64,000 bases of DNA from Octopus vulgaris (taxonomy: Eukaryota): NCBI GenBank assembly GCA_951406725.2, contig OX597822.1, positions 23,188,001-23,252,000 of the forward strand, in the 5' to 3' direction. Positions 52,460 through 64,000 of this stretch are shown in pieces (positions within the stretch are counted from its first letter, which is position 1; each line of letters begins with the position of its first letter). Position numbers and translations under genes: made by a program. The notes below the pieces were generated by a model that saw only the letters and a list, made by a program, of their open reading frames with translations, was not told the DNA's origin and ran no database searches.

Positions 52460-54480
52460 CATATATTTAGATTGAATGCTGTAGTACATAGAGTAAATGT
52501 GTTTGAAAGTTGTGGTTTTTTGGTATGTTTGTCCCCAAACAACTCTTCTTTTAGTGCTGTTGACACCAGATTGAATGGTACTGCCCAGGTGTCAAAACCA
52601 TAATGATATCCATGCGGCAGCTGATGATGGAGGTATGTTGGATTGTTGGTATGGCTGTTTTTGTATATGTGGAATAGTATTGTAACACATCCTTTTGATA
52701 TGGTGTATAATTTTTTTTGTGCAGGGGTTCCTTGAGACATGTAATTCATTTTAAGGGTTGTGTTAGGGTAAAAAAGGTTGAAAAACACTGTCCCCCAAAA
52801 ATGAAAGCAAAGTCAACCTTGGTGGCAATATGAACTCAGAATGCAAGGAACCGGATGAAATATTGCTGTGTATTTTCTCCAATGTGCTCAATAACTCTTC
52901 CAGCTCACCACCTTAATAATAATAATAATAATAATAATCCTGTCTATTATAGGCATGAGGCCTGAAATTTTGGGGGAGGGTAAGTTGATTGTGTCGACCA
53001 CAGTGTTCAACTTGTTTTAATTTATTAGCTACAAAAGGATAAAAGGCAGAGTCGACATCGGCAGAATTTGAACTCAAAACTTAAAGATGGACGAAATGCT
53101 GCTTAACATTTTGCCTGGTGTGCTAACAATTCTGCCAGCTCACTACTTTAATGATAACAACAACAATAATAACAGCAATAATAATAGTGTACATAGGTTA
53201 GATTTAATATCTAGGGAATTAGGACACCACAAATGTAATTCTGATTCCTCCACACCACAGACCCACACACTCTTCTTCCTGCCACAGCATTTACAATACT
53301 ACAAACATGTATATGCAGCATTTTTATACCAAGTTGTCTTTCTCTGAAGTTGCCAGCTGTTGCAATCAAATTATATGGTGAAATGGTTAGGTTAAAAAAA
53401 TTTGTTGTTGCCAGATTTGTACAAAATAGGTTTTTGGCATCAGAAATGTATTTCGGATTCAGAAAAAAAGAAAATGAAACAAAAATGTAAGTAAGTAAAT
53501 AAAAAAAAATAAAAACTTAAAAAGAAAGCTGTATAAAACATTTGAAAGATGATAGAAGAATAATTTTAATCAAAATACTAAAATATAAGTGTTGTAATTA
53601 ATAAGAGTCCTTTTTACTATAGGCACAAGTCCTGAAATTTGGAGCAGGAAGTGAATTGATTACATTGAGCCCCAGTGTTTAACTGGTACTTATTTCATCA
53701 ACCCCAAAAGGATAAAAGGCAAACTCAACCATGGCAGAATTTGAACTCAGATAGATGAAATGTTGCCAAGCATTTTGCATGCCATGCCAACAGTTCTGCC
53801 AGTTTGCCACCTTAGGTAATGATAATCCATTCTGCTGTAGGCACAAGGCCTGATATTTCGTGGGGATGAGTCTAGTCAATTGCATCGATCCCAGTGCTCA
53901 ACTGGTATTTATTTTATCAACCCTGAAAGGATGAAAGGTAATATCAACCTTGGTGGAATTAGAACCCAGAATGTAAAGTCAAGCAAAATGATGCTTAGTG
54001 TTTTGTCCACCATGTTAACAATTCTGCCAGCTCATGGTTTTAAATAATAATAATAATCTTTTCTATTCTAGGAACAAGGCCCGAAATTTTGGGGGAGGAG
54101 GCCAGTCGATTAGATCAACCCTGGTACACAACTGGTACTTAATTCATTGATCCTGGCAGAATTTGAACTCAGAACATAAAGACAGATGAAATACCACTAA
54201 GCATTTTGCCCGGCATGCTAACATTTCTGCCAGCTTGCCACCTTAATAATAATTTTGGCACAAGGCCATCAGTTTCGGGGGAAGGGGATACCGATACTTA
54301 TTTTATCAACCCTGCAAGAATGAAAGGCAAAGTCAACCTCAGCAAGACTTGAACTCATAACATGAGGATGAATGAAATGGTGTGAAACATTTTGCCTCAG
54401 CACAAGGCCAACAATTTTAAGGAATGATGGGTTAGTCAATTATATAGACCTCAATACTTGGCTGGTAGGTCATTCTATTG
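52215..54480 (-). repeat. Cluster of head-to-tail family B SINE-derived units (about 8 copies)
   Basis: Recurrent ...ggcacaaggcctgaaatt..gtcgat..ctggtact..ccccgaaaggatgaaaggcaaagtc..gaactcag..ttctgccagctc units separated by (AAT)n; unique gap at about 53150-53600. Confidence 0.75.
52305..52790. mobile_element. hAT (Charlie-like) non-autonomous element nested in a family B SINE
   Basis: Termini CAGCATTTCTCAACC / GGTTGAAAAACACTG and subterminal ggggttcc/gaaccc repeats. The SINE sequence resumes at 52791. Confidence 0.75.
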
Positions 54481-55363
54481 ATCCCCCCCAAAAGATTCCA
54501 GTTGGCCAGATCCGACTTCTCATGCCTACCCTACAATGTTATTTAAGAATAAACAATCATACATTCAAAATGTCAAAGCTTTGAGATAATGTATGATTAA
54601 TTTCAAAACAAGGTAAATAAACAAACATTAAATTTTACGCAGTAATCCAAATGCTAAAGGGATAAGATACTTTAGAAAACAAATTTTTAAGACGAGTTTC
54701 TAATATACTAAATCTACTTCATAATTTGAGATTTTTAGAGGTCTGCATTTACGCAGTGGAAAAAATAAAACTCGTAATGCGTAAAAAATTTTAAGGACGT
54801 GGAATGGGGGAATCTTTAAAAACAAAATAGTCTGACACTTGTGACAATAGTTGCCAGAATGATCTAACAAATAAATGCTATTTACAGTTATTTCTAAACA
54901 TTGATTTTTTTTTTTGTTAAACTTGTATGTTTTATGTTGCTTTTATTTTTTTAAAACAAGCCAATAAGTTCAAGGTCATGCAATAAATGTGACACAGGCT
55001 ATTATCTCAAAAATCTTGTTTGATTTTTCAAGCATAAAAAAAATAAAATGTACTTCAAGTTAGAATCTTTTGTGAAGTATATACAAAAGTCAAAATAGCT
55101 TTTGCTTCTCGGCCTCACATTGAATAGTGCAAATAATAATAAGATAAAAATTCTGTTGACACAGAAGTAATGGAGCATACTGGAAGCAGTATTGACATTG
55201 AGTATTATTATTTTGGTGGGAAAGAGTTTTGCAAATACAAAAAACAAAAATAGTAAAAAAAAAAAGGTGGGGGGTTACCATTTTGTTACCATGTTTCTTT
55301 TGAAATACACTGCCTTTATTTCAATCCATTTTGAAGATAATCAAAAATATAATAGTTTTATTA

Positions 55364-55730
55364 GAGTGGCTGTGTGGTAAGTAGGTTACTTATGAACCAC
55401 ATGATTCCGGGTTCAGTCCCACTGCGTGGCACCTTCGGCAAATGTCTTCTACTATAGCCTTGGGCCGACCAAAGCCTTATGAGTGGATTTGGTACATGGA
55501 AACTGAAAGAAGCCCGTCGTATATATGTATATATACATATGTATGTGTGTGTGTACATGTTTGTGTGTCTGTGTTTGTCCCCCCAACATCTTTTGACAAC
55601 TGATAGAGACCGATAGAATAAGTACTAGGCTTGCAAAGAATAAGACCTGGGGTTGATTTGCTCGACTAAAGGCGGTGCTCCAGCATGGCCGCAGTCAAAT
55701 GACTGGAACAAGTAAAAGAGAAAAAGAGAG
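55364..55730 (+). mobile_element. Family A SINE. Further partial copies at about 38-175, 1052-1335, 5930-6275, 13878-14045, 14940-15152, 18210-18478, 27020-27165, 32800-33345, 40730-41048, 48730-48960, 59620-59983 and 61715-61835
   Basis: Shared consensus segments recognisable by eye. Confidence 0.8.
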
Positions 55731-56144
55731 TTTATTGCACATGGACTTTTAACATCTGATATCGACCCGGATTCCATTTGAGAACCACTGTTTTAAACCA
55801 TAAGTTTGCATCACAGAACCAGAGGTGGTCTTAGGTGGAGGGCCCCTTCACAACCAGTTACTTTCTTGACATTTATCTCTGCAGAAGCCACACTGGGAAG
55901 TTATCTTTAGAATCCATATCAAATCAAAGAGTGAGAAGCAAATGTAAAACAAATTTCTAAATAAAATATAAAATAAAACGAATACATTCCTAAATATTTG
56001 CCTTTGGATGAATGAGACATTGACACACACATACACACACACAAAAATAAGTGAGAGAATGACTCAGATATTTTATAACCTAAAAACTAGATGTTTAACA
56101 AAGACTGACCTTATTCAACAGAAAATATAAATTTATTACAATAA

Positions 56145-57055
56145 TTATTTCTACTATAAGTTCACAAGGTCTAAAATATTTTGCAGGAGGGGAACTAGTC
56201 GATCACAGCAACCCTAGTACTCAAATGATATTTTATTGACCTTGAAAGTTGACTCCAGTGGCACTTGAACCCAGAACGACGTAAAGCCAGAAGAAATGCT
56301 GCAAAGTATTTTGTTTGGTTTTGCTGAGGATTCTGCCACCTCACCAAACAAAAAAATTATTATAACAACAATTCTAATTTTGGCGCAAGGCCAGCAATTT
56401 TTGAAGACTTAATCTGCTGAGCCAATAATTATTTTATCAACCCTGAGAGGAAGATAAGTAAAGATGACTTGAGAAAGAACTGAACTCAGAACCAGGATGT
56501 AAAGAATTGGAAAGAATTCCGCAAAGCACTTTGTCTGAGGCTCTAACAATTTTGCCAGCACTCTGCCTTGATAATAATAAATATAACAATAATAATAATC
56601 ATTTCTACTAAAGGCGCAAAGCCTGAAATTTGTGGGGAGGGGACTAGTCGACTACATTGACCTCAGTAGAATTTTAACTGAGAACGTGCAAACAGATGAA
56701 ATGCTACAAAGCATTTCGCCTGGTGTGCTAATGATAATAATAATATTTACTACTAAAAGCACAAGGCCTGACCCCAGTGTTTCACTGGTACTTATTTTAT
56801 CGACCCTGAAAGGATGAAAAGCAAAGGATGACTTCAGTGGAATTTGAACTCAGAATGTGCAGGCAGACGAAATGCTGCCAAGCATTTCCCCTGGCATGCT
56901 AATAATAATAAGCCTTTCTAAATGTTTGCACAACAGCAAACAATTTTGATGGGTGGGAAAAGTTAAGTTGACCCCCAATACTCACAGGTATTTTATCCAC
57001 CCCATAAAGATGAAAGGCAAAGTCAACTGTGAACCTCGGAATATTTGAACTCAGA
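56145..57055 (-). repeat. Second head-to-tail array of family B SINE-derived units (about 5-6 partial copies)
   Basis: Same unit motifs, same orientation, joined at (AAT)n tails. Confidence 0.7.
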
Positions 57056-57439
57056 TCAAACAACATGGAAGAAAAAAATACTGAATAATAAACCCTGTTC
57101 TATTTTCTTTTTTTTTTTCTTTTTTTTTTAAATAACTTGTTGAGAAATGAAAGGTATGTACATATTTACAAAAACAACAACAACAAAACAACCAGTAAAA
57201 ACACATGTAGGTGCTATATATAATCAAAAAACACTTAAAAGTCCTGGACAATTTAGACTATCCTTCTTAACAGCAAGCTGTTGGAGACTTGATCTGTTGA
57301 GCCAATAATTAGGGGAAGTACAAGGGTCAGAGGTTATGGTGTTACTGATCTAAATCTGGCCCAAAAGTTATAATAGTCCACCAACAGGTGCCCCATACTG
57401 GAATGAGTGTATCAAAATAAATATTTTTGTCCTGGACAT

Positions 57440-58135
57440 ATCTGCTTCAGGAAATAACAGTGTTTGAGTGTGGAAGTGAGTGTAAATGCAAGCGTGAGAG
57501 AGTGGGTGAAAGTGCATGAGAGTGTGTGTGTGTGTGTGTGTGAAAGAGAGAGAGATAGCAAGTGTGTATGGATATAAGAGACCAAATGAGTGTGTGTGTG
57601 TGTAAGAGAGAGAGAGAGAGTGTATGTGTGTATAAGAGAACAAGAGTGTGAATGTTTGAGAGATAGGAAGACAGAGCAAATATGTGTGCGTGTGTGTGTG
57701 TGAGTGTGTCTATGTATAAGAGAGAGCAAGAATTTGAGTGAGAGAAAGAGAGAGCAAGCTATTAAGGGAGAGCAAGTGCGTGTGTGTGAGAGAGAGAGCG
57801 TGTGTGTGTGTGTAAAGGAGAGCAAAGGCATGAATGTTAGAGAGAGAGATCAAGCTGATATGGGAGAGTAAATGTGTGTGCATGTGAGAGACAGACAGTG
57901 TGTGTATGTGTGTAAGAACAAGATAGTGTGTGCATGTGTTTGTGTAACAGTGCGTAAGAGAAAGAGAGAGAGAATGTGTGTATGAGAGAACGAGAGTGTG
58001 TGTGTGTGTCTGCATGAATGGGCAAAAGAGAGAGAGAGACAAAGTGTGTCTGCATGAATGAGTGAGAGTGTGTATTTGTGTATATGTTTGCATGAATGGG
58101 TGAGACGTGAGTGTGTGTGTGTGTGTGTAAAGCAT
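57440..58135. repeat. Compound degenerate (GT)n/(GA)n satellite
   Basis: About 700 bp of alternating GT and GA blocks with recurring gagagcaag, gtaagagaacaag and gcatgaatg linkers. Confidence 0.8.
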
Positions 58136-58982
58136 ACAAAAAGATTAACGTCACAGATAACCACCGAGAACTAAATAAACCACTTATCTACCAAAACACA
58201 TGCAAACAAACAATAGACAATTGAAACAAAAGAAATCATAATTTCATAAGCCCTCTTTCTCCCACTATCTCTTTCCCCCTCTCTATCTCTCCTTCTCCCG
58301 CTCTCCCCTCTAATCTATGAAAAACTGAATGGAGGTGGGAAAAAATATATCTTAATTAGGAAATACAAGAAAATCAAAACAAAATTTTAAATAAAGCAAA
58401 TATTTATCCAGCACATATCATCCTCAACATTTAATGTCCGCTTTCGATGCTTGGCATGAATTGGATGGTCCGAGAGGTGGCGAGCCAGAGGACTGCACCT
58501 TTGGTTTCTAAGGCTGAATGCCTTTCCTAATGCCAACCACTTTACAATGTGTACTGGGTGCCTTTTACATGTCACTGGCACTAGTAAGGCCACCAAGTAA
58601 TTTGTAAGACGAGACCCTTCAGCTGAGAGAGGGACCAGTGTTGAGGAAGGTGGCTTTAGCTTAACCCTTTGGCCTTGAGCAAAACACTGTTTCATGTTGC
58701 TCCAGTTTACTCATCTGCAGAAAGGAGTTGTGACATCACTGGTGCCAATCTGTATTGACCTTTGCCTTTCTCTTGGATAACATCAGTGGCATGAAGAGAA
58801 GAAGCTGGTATGAATGTGTGATTGCTGATCATCCATAAACAACCTTGCTCAGATTTGTGTCTCGAAGGGGAACTTTCTAGGTGCAATCCCATGGTCACTC
58901 ATGACTGAAGGGGGTCCTTAGCATTCAGATTGCTCTGTCAAATGTTATAGCTTATTCATTCATATTATTTTGAATTAATTAC

Positions 58983-59563
58983 GAAATCGAAATCGAACCA
59001 AATTCGACAACTGGCACCCATGCTAACCTCCCTTCATTGGACACTAAACTCTGCTTGCGAAGACCTGTTGGGGTAAGTGAAATCGAAATTAAACCAAATT
59101 CGATGACTGGCACCCATGGCAGTGGAGCGCTGACAGATCCAACTGAGCAGGATCAGTGCCAGAGTAGCTGTCTAGCTTCCGTGCCGGTGGCATGTAAAAA
59201 AATCACCATCTGAGCATGATCGTTACCAACGTCACTTTACTGGCACTAGTGCCGGTGGCACGTGAACAAAACATTCAAGCAAGGTCATTGCCAGTGCTGC
59301 TGGACTGACACCTGTGCAGGTGGCATGTAAAAAACACCATTCTGAGCTTGGCTGTTGCAGTACCGTCAGACTGGCCCTTGTGCAGGTGGCACGTAAAAAG
59401 CACCCACTATACTCTCAGAGTGGTTGGCATTAGGAAGGGTATCCAGTTGTAGAAACTCTGCCAGATCAGATTGGAGCCTGGTGCAGCCATCTGGTTCACC
59501 AGTCCTCAGTCAAATCGTCCAACCCATGCTAGCATGGAAAGCGGATGTTAAATGATGATGATA
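58983..59563 (+). mobile_element. Longest family C copy (about 4 internal tandem units). Other copies at about 415-475, 3785-3920, 5368-5590, 18485-18625, 41730-41935, 50185-50405, 51815-51985 and 58415-58600
   Basis: Same internal units and tail as 42880-43237, plus a duplicated 5' segment gaaatcgaaat..ccaaattcga..actggcacccatg. Confidence 0.75.
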
Positions 59564-59990
59564 ATGAATTACGCATTATCTTGTAACTTTGGGATTTCAA
59601 TGTTTTTTGTTAGGGGCTTTTTTTTCAGTTGTTCCAATCATTAGACTGTGGCCATGTAGGGGCACTGCCTTGAAGAATTTTTAATTGAATGTATCAACCC
59701 CAGTACTTATTTTTTAAAACCCTGGCACTTATTCTATCAGTCTCTCTTTACCAAACTGCTAATTTATGGAGATGTAAACACACCAATACTATTTGCCAGG
59801 CAGTGGTGGTCATGGTGGAGGAACAACACAGACACAAAGATATATGATGGGCTTCTTACAGTTTTCATCTGCCAAATCCATTCACAAGGCAGAAGATACC
59901 ATACAAGGTACCATGCAGCAGGACTGAACCCAGAACCATGTGGTTGGGATACCAAACTTCCTAACCACACATCCAGGCCTGTGCTTGATC

Positions 59991-60145
59991 TACGAGGGGA
60001 TACTGAAACGTTCCAGGCTTTAAGGGTGCAGTGAAAGGCCTGGTTGGAGGCCCAGCCTTCTGAGTTCTTTTACAGGGCTTAGAAAAACTGATCCTCCTGT
60101 ATTTTCTTTTACACAAAAGCCAGGAACTTTTCAGCAGACCCTCTG
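59991..60145 (+). mobile_element. Mariner-derived MITE
   Basis: TA-CGAGGGGATACTGAAACGTTCCAGGC left end and GCCAGGAACTTTTCAGCAGACCCTC right end. The internal remnant reads AVK/AWLEAQPSEFF...GLEKL across frameshifts, like a mariner transposase C-terminus. Confidence 0.7.
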
Positions 60146-60211
60146 TGTCTACATTTAGCATATTAGGAGTCCACCTAGTGGTCATTCCTCATATATATAT
60201 ATATATATATA

Positions 60212-60790
60212 TAAATAAAATACAAAATGGGACAAGAACGCAAAACATCCAAATAGATGATACAAAAACACGGACGGGTCATTCAAAGCCTCTAATCTTC
60301 AGTCAAGAACCGGATCATCCTCGCAATTTCAGCTGATTAATCTTAAAATTGCTCCAATCTGGCCAGCCCCAAGGAAAAGCTAAGCTACGAGCAGTAGATT
60401 CCTGGGAAAAAGGATTGAATGTATATGAAACAAGGACAAAAAAAAAAAAACAGACGATGTTACACGGATATAAATACAAAAAAAACAAAAATATGAATAT
60501 GAATATAAATACAAAAAACAATAATAACAATAATAACAGGACATAACAACAGGCGTCTTTCAACTCAGACGAAATGAATTCAGCTGGCATATTTGAAATA
60601 TAAAGCCTTACGGCAGATGAAGAAAACGGTGTTACCGTGCCGGTGGTCCGAAGGTCACGAAAGAGACAGAGGGTATTGACTAGCACTGCTTTTGTTAAAA
60701 AGTTAAAATAACTAAAAAGCCATTATTTTAACAACTATCTTTAGCAAAAGCAGTGCCAGTCAGTACCTTGTGTCACTTCTGTAACCTCTA
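60212..60790. mobile_element. Unclassified element starting at a (TA)n tract and ending in a ~65-bp-arm inverted repeat
   Basis: Relatively CpG-rich body; inverted arms 60650-60712 / 60722-60788. Confidence 0.4.
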
Positions 60791-61398
60791 TTAATTTTGC
60801 CTCTAGGTTCTGATTGTTAATAAGCCACTCTTTTAAAATTATATATGTACACACATACATATGAAATACCGCATCATATGGAGAGTACATGTTGCTGAGG
60901 TGATCCATACCACAGCCTCCGAGTTTAACTGTACTTCACTTCCACCCACAACACCATGGTTTGTAAGTACAATAAATGTGAGAAGATGGCTGGTGTGGGT
61001 GGGTGTATCCTGCCTTTCTGTAAATAGGCATTGAAAATTAATAGAAATAATAAAAAGAAAAATAGCAAAGACATCCTTTGAGATCTTGTGCAAGTGTATG
61101 GTTTTAACAGCCAGTTTCTGGCAAACGGTATAGAGAAAATTGAATAAAAATATAAGATAGGATAAAAATAAAATAAGAACGTGTAGAGAGTATAGAGAAA
61201 CCTGTGTAGGCAAATTAAAATATATAAATTGTTTTTACACATGAACAGACTATTTAAAAAAAATTTTTTTCTGGTGTCTTTTATATTTTTTATATATATA
61301 ACAACATATGGGACGAATTCTGTATTAATCTCCATCAAACTGAAAAAGCCAATGGTGAGAATATGTTTATTAACATATATACACTCAGAGATGATGAT

Positions 61399-61435
<37 letters not shown>

Positions 61436-63142
61436 TTTCCTGTGATTCCTTTGAGTCATAGAAATTTGGTCTGCTGTTTCTTTTCCTTTGATATGTGTGT
61501 GTGTGTGTGTTTTGCAAGATTCTTGATGTGAAATCATGTTGAAACAGATATTGTTATGTATGTATGTGTGCATATATATCTATATATATCATCATCATGA
61601 TATATATATCTATATCTATATATCTAAATATATATATATACGCACACACACACACATATATATAATACACACGTGTGTGTGTGTGTATTACACACCCTTT
61701 TCATTCCCGTATATAGACAATAGAATAAGTCCTAGGCTTACAAAGACTAAGTCCTGGGGTCGATTTGCTCGACAAAAGGCGGTGCTCCAGCATGGCCGCA
61801 GTCAAATGACTGAAACAAGTGAAAGAGTAAAAGAGAATATGCACATACATGCATTTTCAGAAATGCTTGCATGTGAAAGACCAAGCGCAAGTATCTGTAC
61901 AGACATGCATCTATATGCATACATACATACATACCCAGGAATGTACTTGTGCATGCGCATGTGAATGCATGTGTCAGACAGTCTATGCACCCAAATTAGA
62001 TTTGAGTTAAGTGCATATGTAATGTAGGCACGCAGGTTTACACAGCATGTTATGACAGCTGTATTTAACATTTTCACTCAGAGGAATAGCAGAAAATACT
62101 TTCGACAAAATAATATCTTCCCATGCATACGCATAGATACACAAAGTCATACACAACCTTCTGTGCGTGTGTGTGTGTGTTTCTGGCTCTCTCTCAAACG
62201 CACATATACATGTGCACGCACACATGCACGCGCACACAAACATACCAATAGTGTCCTCCTAGTCACCTATGTTGTGCAAATCATATGTTAAGCAAATTAA
62301 GCTCATACTGAGTAACGTGTGTGTGTACATGGGCAAATATATGTTTGTGTATGTATATATGTGTATATATATGCATATATATATGAATATATGTGTGTAT
62401 GTATGCATATATATATGCATGTGTATGTATGTGTGTGTGCATGAGTGTACATACACACACCTATATATATATCTACTGCTTCATTGAAATTTCAAACAGT
62501 GTCTATTAGGGGAAGCTGAGAGACAAGGCCTAACAGACACTTGTATATTATCAAGATAGACAAATAGTGGTGGTGGTGGTAGTAGTAGTAGTAGTAGCAG
62601 CATACAAAATCCCTATGAATGTCTGCGTGCGTGGGAACGATTTTTGTCTCACAGAACCAAAAACCCATTAGACATTAATCCTAGTCCCCACTAGGTTAAC
62701 AAACTTAGTGAATGTTACGACAAAGATGGTTGCTGCTTGGTTGGTCAGTCTCAATCCCGCAGACCTATGATCCAAAACTGTTCCAGACCCATAAACATCC
62801 GTTTAACTTATTTTTCTTCAAGTTTACCTAAGGTATCAGTTTTCTTTAATATTATGGTATGTTGAATTTTGAGGGAATTTTTAGCTGCTGTTTCTAGTGA
62901 ACAAAAACACCCCCATGTATGGTCTCACTGATTGGTTCAGCATAATCTATGATTTATTTAGTTCTTACAGTCCTCTCCACTTAAAGCCATATTCTACCTA
63001 TTTTATGTCCAAACTGGGCAGATCCAGCCTCTCTACAATATCATTCTAAAAATACACAAACACACCATTGAAATCTCTTGAAGCTACAAAATAATCTGTG
63101 ATCAATGAAAAACAATGTGAATAAATAAGCATTACATTTAAC

Positions 63143-63555
63143 AAATTCTGTTGTGCCTGGGGAGAGACATTTTCTTTTTGTGCCTTATAACACACTCACC
63201 GGTAAAATTTCCACTTTTTTCTTATTTTTATTTCCCTAAAATTTTCGATAGTCTTGATTGAAAATGTTGCAAGAAGCAATGGAAATTTTAGGACAATAAA
63301 AATAAGTGGAAATTTTACCGGTGAGTGTGTTATATTATAAGGCACAAAAAGAAAATGACTCTCCCCAGACACAACAGAATATGCTTCAACACACAAACTC
63401 ATATAAAGAATCTTGCAAACCAAATCCCAAAACGAAACATTTAACAAAGAAATCTTAATACTAAAGGGCTATATACAAACCCTAAATAACAAACTGGGAC
63501 AATATCACAGTTTGATGGGCCTCGGTCGCTGTAGCAGACATGACAGAGGCTTTAT
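63143..63555. mobile_element. Second palindromic Penelope-like element (different family)
   Basis: Arms attctgttgtg.ctggggagag.cattttctttttgtgccttataa...tttccctaaaattttc (63145-63246) and the reverse complement (63281-63380), with a one-sided extension to about 63555. Confidence 0.55.
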
Positions 63556-64000
63556 ATATTTGTTTATTCCAAGGTCAATTTGATTTAACAACCCTTTGCT
63601 TAACAGTATTCCAGTCCTGATTCTTAAACTCTTTATGAGTGCCTAGGACTTATATTATCTAAACTGTTCTTGTACATTTTTTAACAAATAAAAGCAGTAT
63701 GAAATAATTTGGAAGAGTTTTGGCTGCTTTTATTTCTAGTAGGGTCATGTGACAAAAGAAACTCCCCTTGGCCTGGTTATATCTAGTTTGTTTGTAGGAC
63801 AACAAGCCAAATTGATCAATTATTTAAATTTGGTACTAATTAGTTAATTTTCAGTATTACTACTTCATATATTGTAATCATAAACAGTGTTCATAATAAA
63901 GCATTTTTTAGTGAGGATTAACAGTACCGGAGATGACTTATAAATAACCAACTGGTGTTTTAGTAACTGTGGAGACTAATCTCTCTATATATAAAGCTGA

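Noticed and set aside
57368-57400. GAPVGGLL as possible MTSS1 exon 1 (LGGLF)
   Set aside because: Immediately followed by a stop; no DMK or donor site.
59160-59420. Regularly spaced repeats resembling a CRISPR array
   Set aside because: The spacers are homologous to one another. These are tandem units inside a family C retroelement in a eukaryotic context, with no cas genes.
1218-62487. Numerous 60-140-aa ORFs rich in HT, YI or CV runs, or with recurring GAKHREDKQGQ / YQIHSQGFG peptides
   Set aside because: They are translations of (CA)n/(TA)n microsatellites and SINE consensus sequence, not genes.

Overview
AT-rich, microsatellite- and retroposon-dense eukaryotic DNA. The repeat families point to a cephalopod, probably Octopus; this is an inference from recalled repeat consensus. 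None of the listed ORFs is a credible host gene. The only confident host coding sequence is a 62-nt exon on the minus strand (27614-27675, RSSPIWEDFTNKATKLNSSL-K). It matches exon 2 of MTSS1/MIM (I-BAR/IMD domain) in sequence, length and phase, so the window is essentially two giant introns of an MTSS1-like gene. The introns contain at least four SINE families, RTE-clade LINE remnants, a DD37D/maT-like mariner remnant, mariner, hAT and piggyBac-type MITEs, and several long palindromes. Three observations stand out. (1) Several unrelated palindromic or TA-inserted Penelope-like elements carry minimal hammerhead-ribozyme-shaped motifs with non-canonical cores, in which the 3:8 tertiary pair appears to covary (G3:C8, U3:A8, and C3:G8 with A6U). 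(2) A 425-bp TIR element with a telomere-like motif sits between two copies of a ~125-bp duplication of host DNA. (3) A near-perfect fold-back hairpin is built from a SINE tail plus its flanking DNA. Repeat boundaries were read by eye and are approximate unless a TSD or TIR is quoted.
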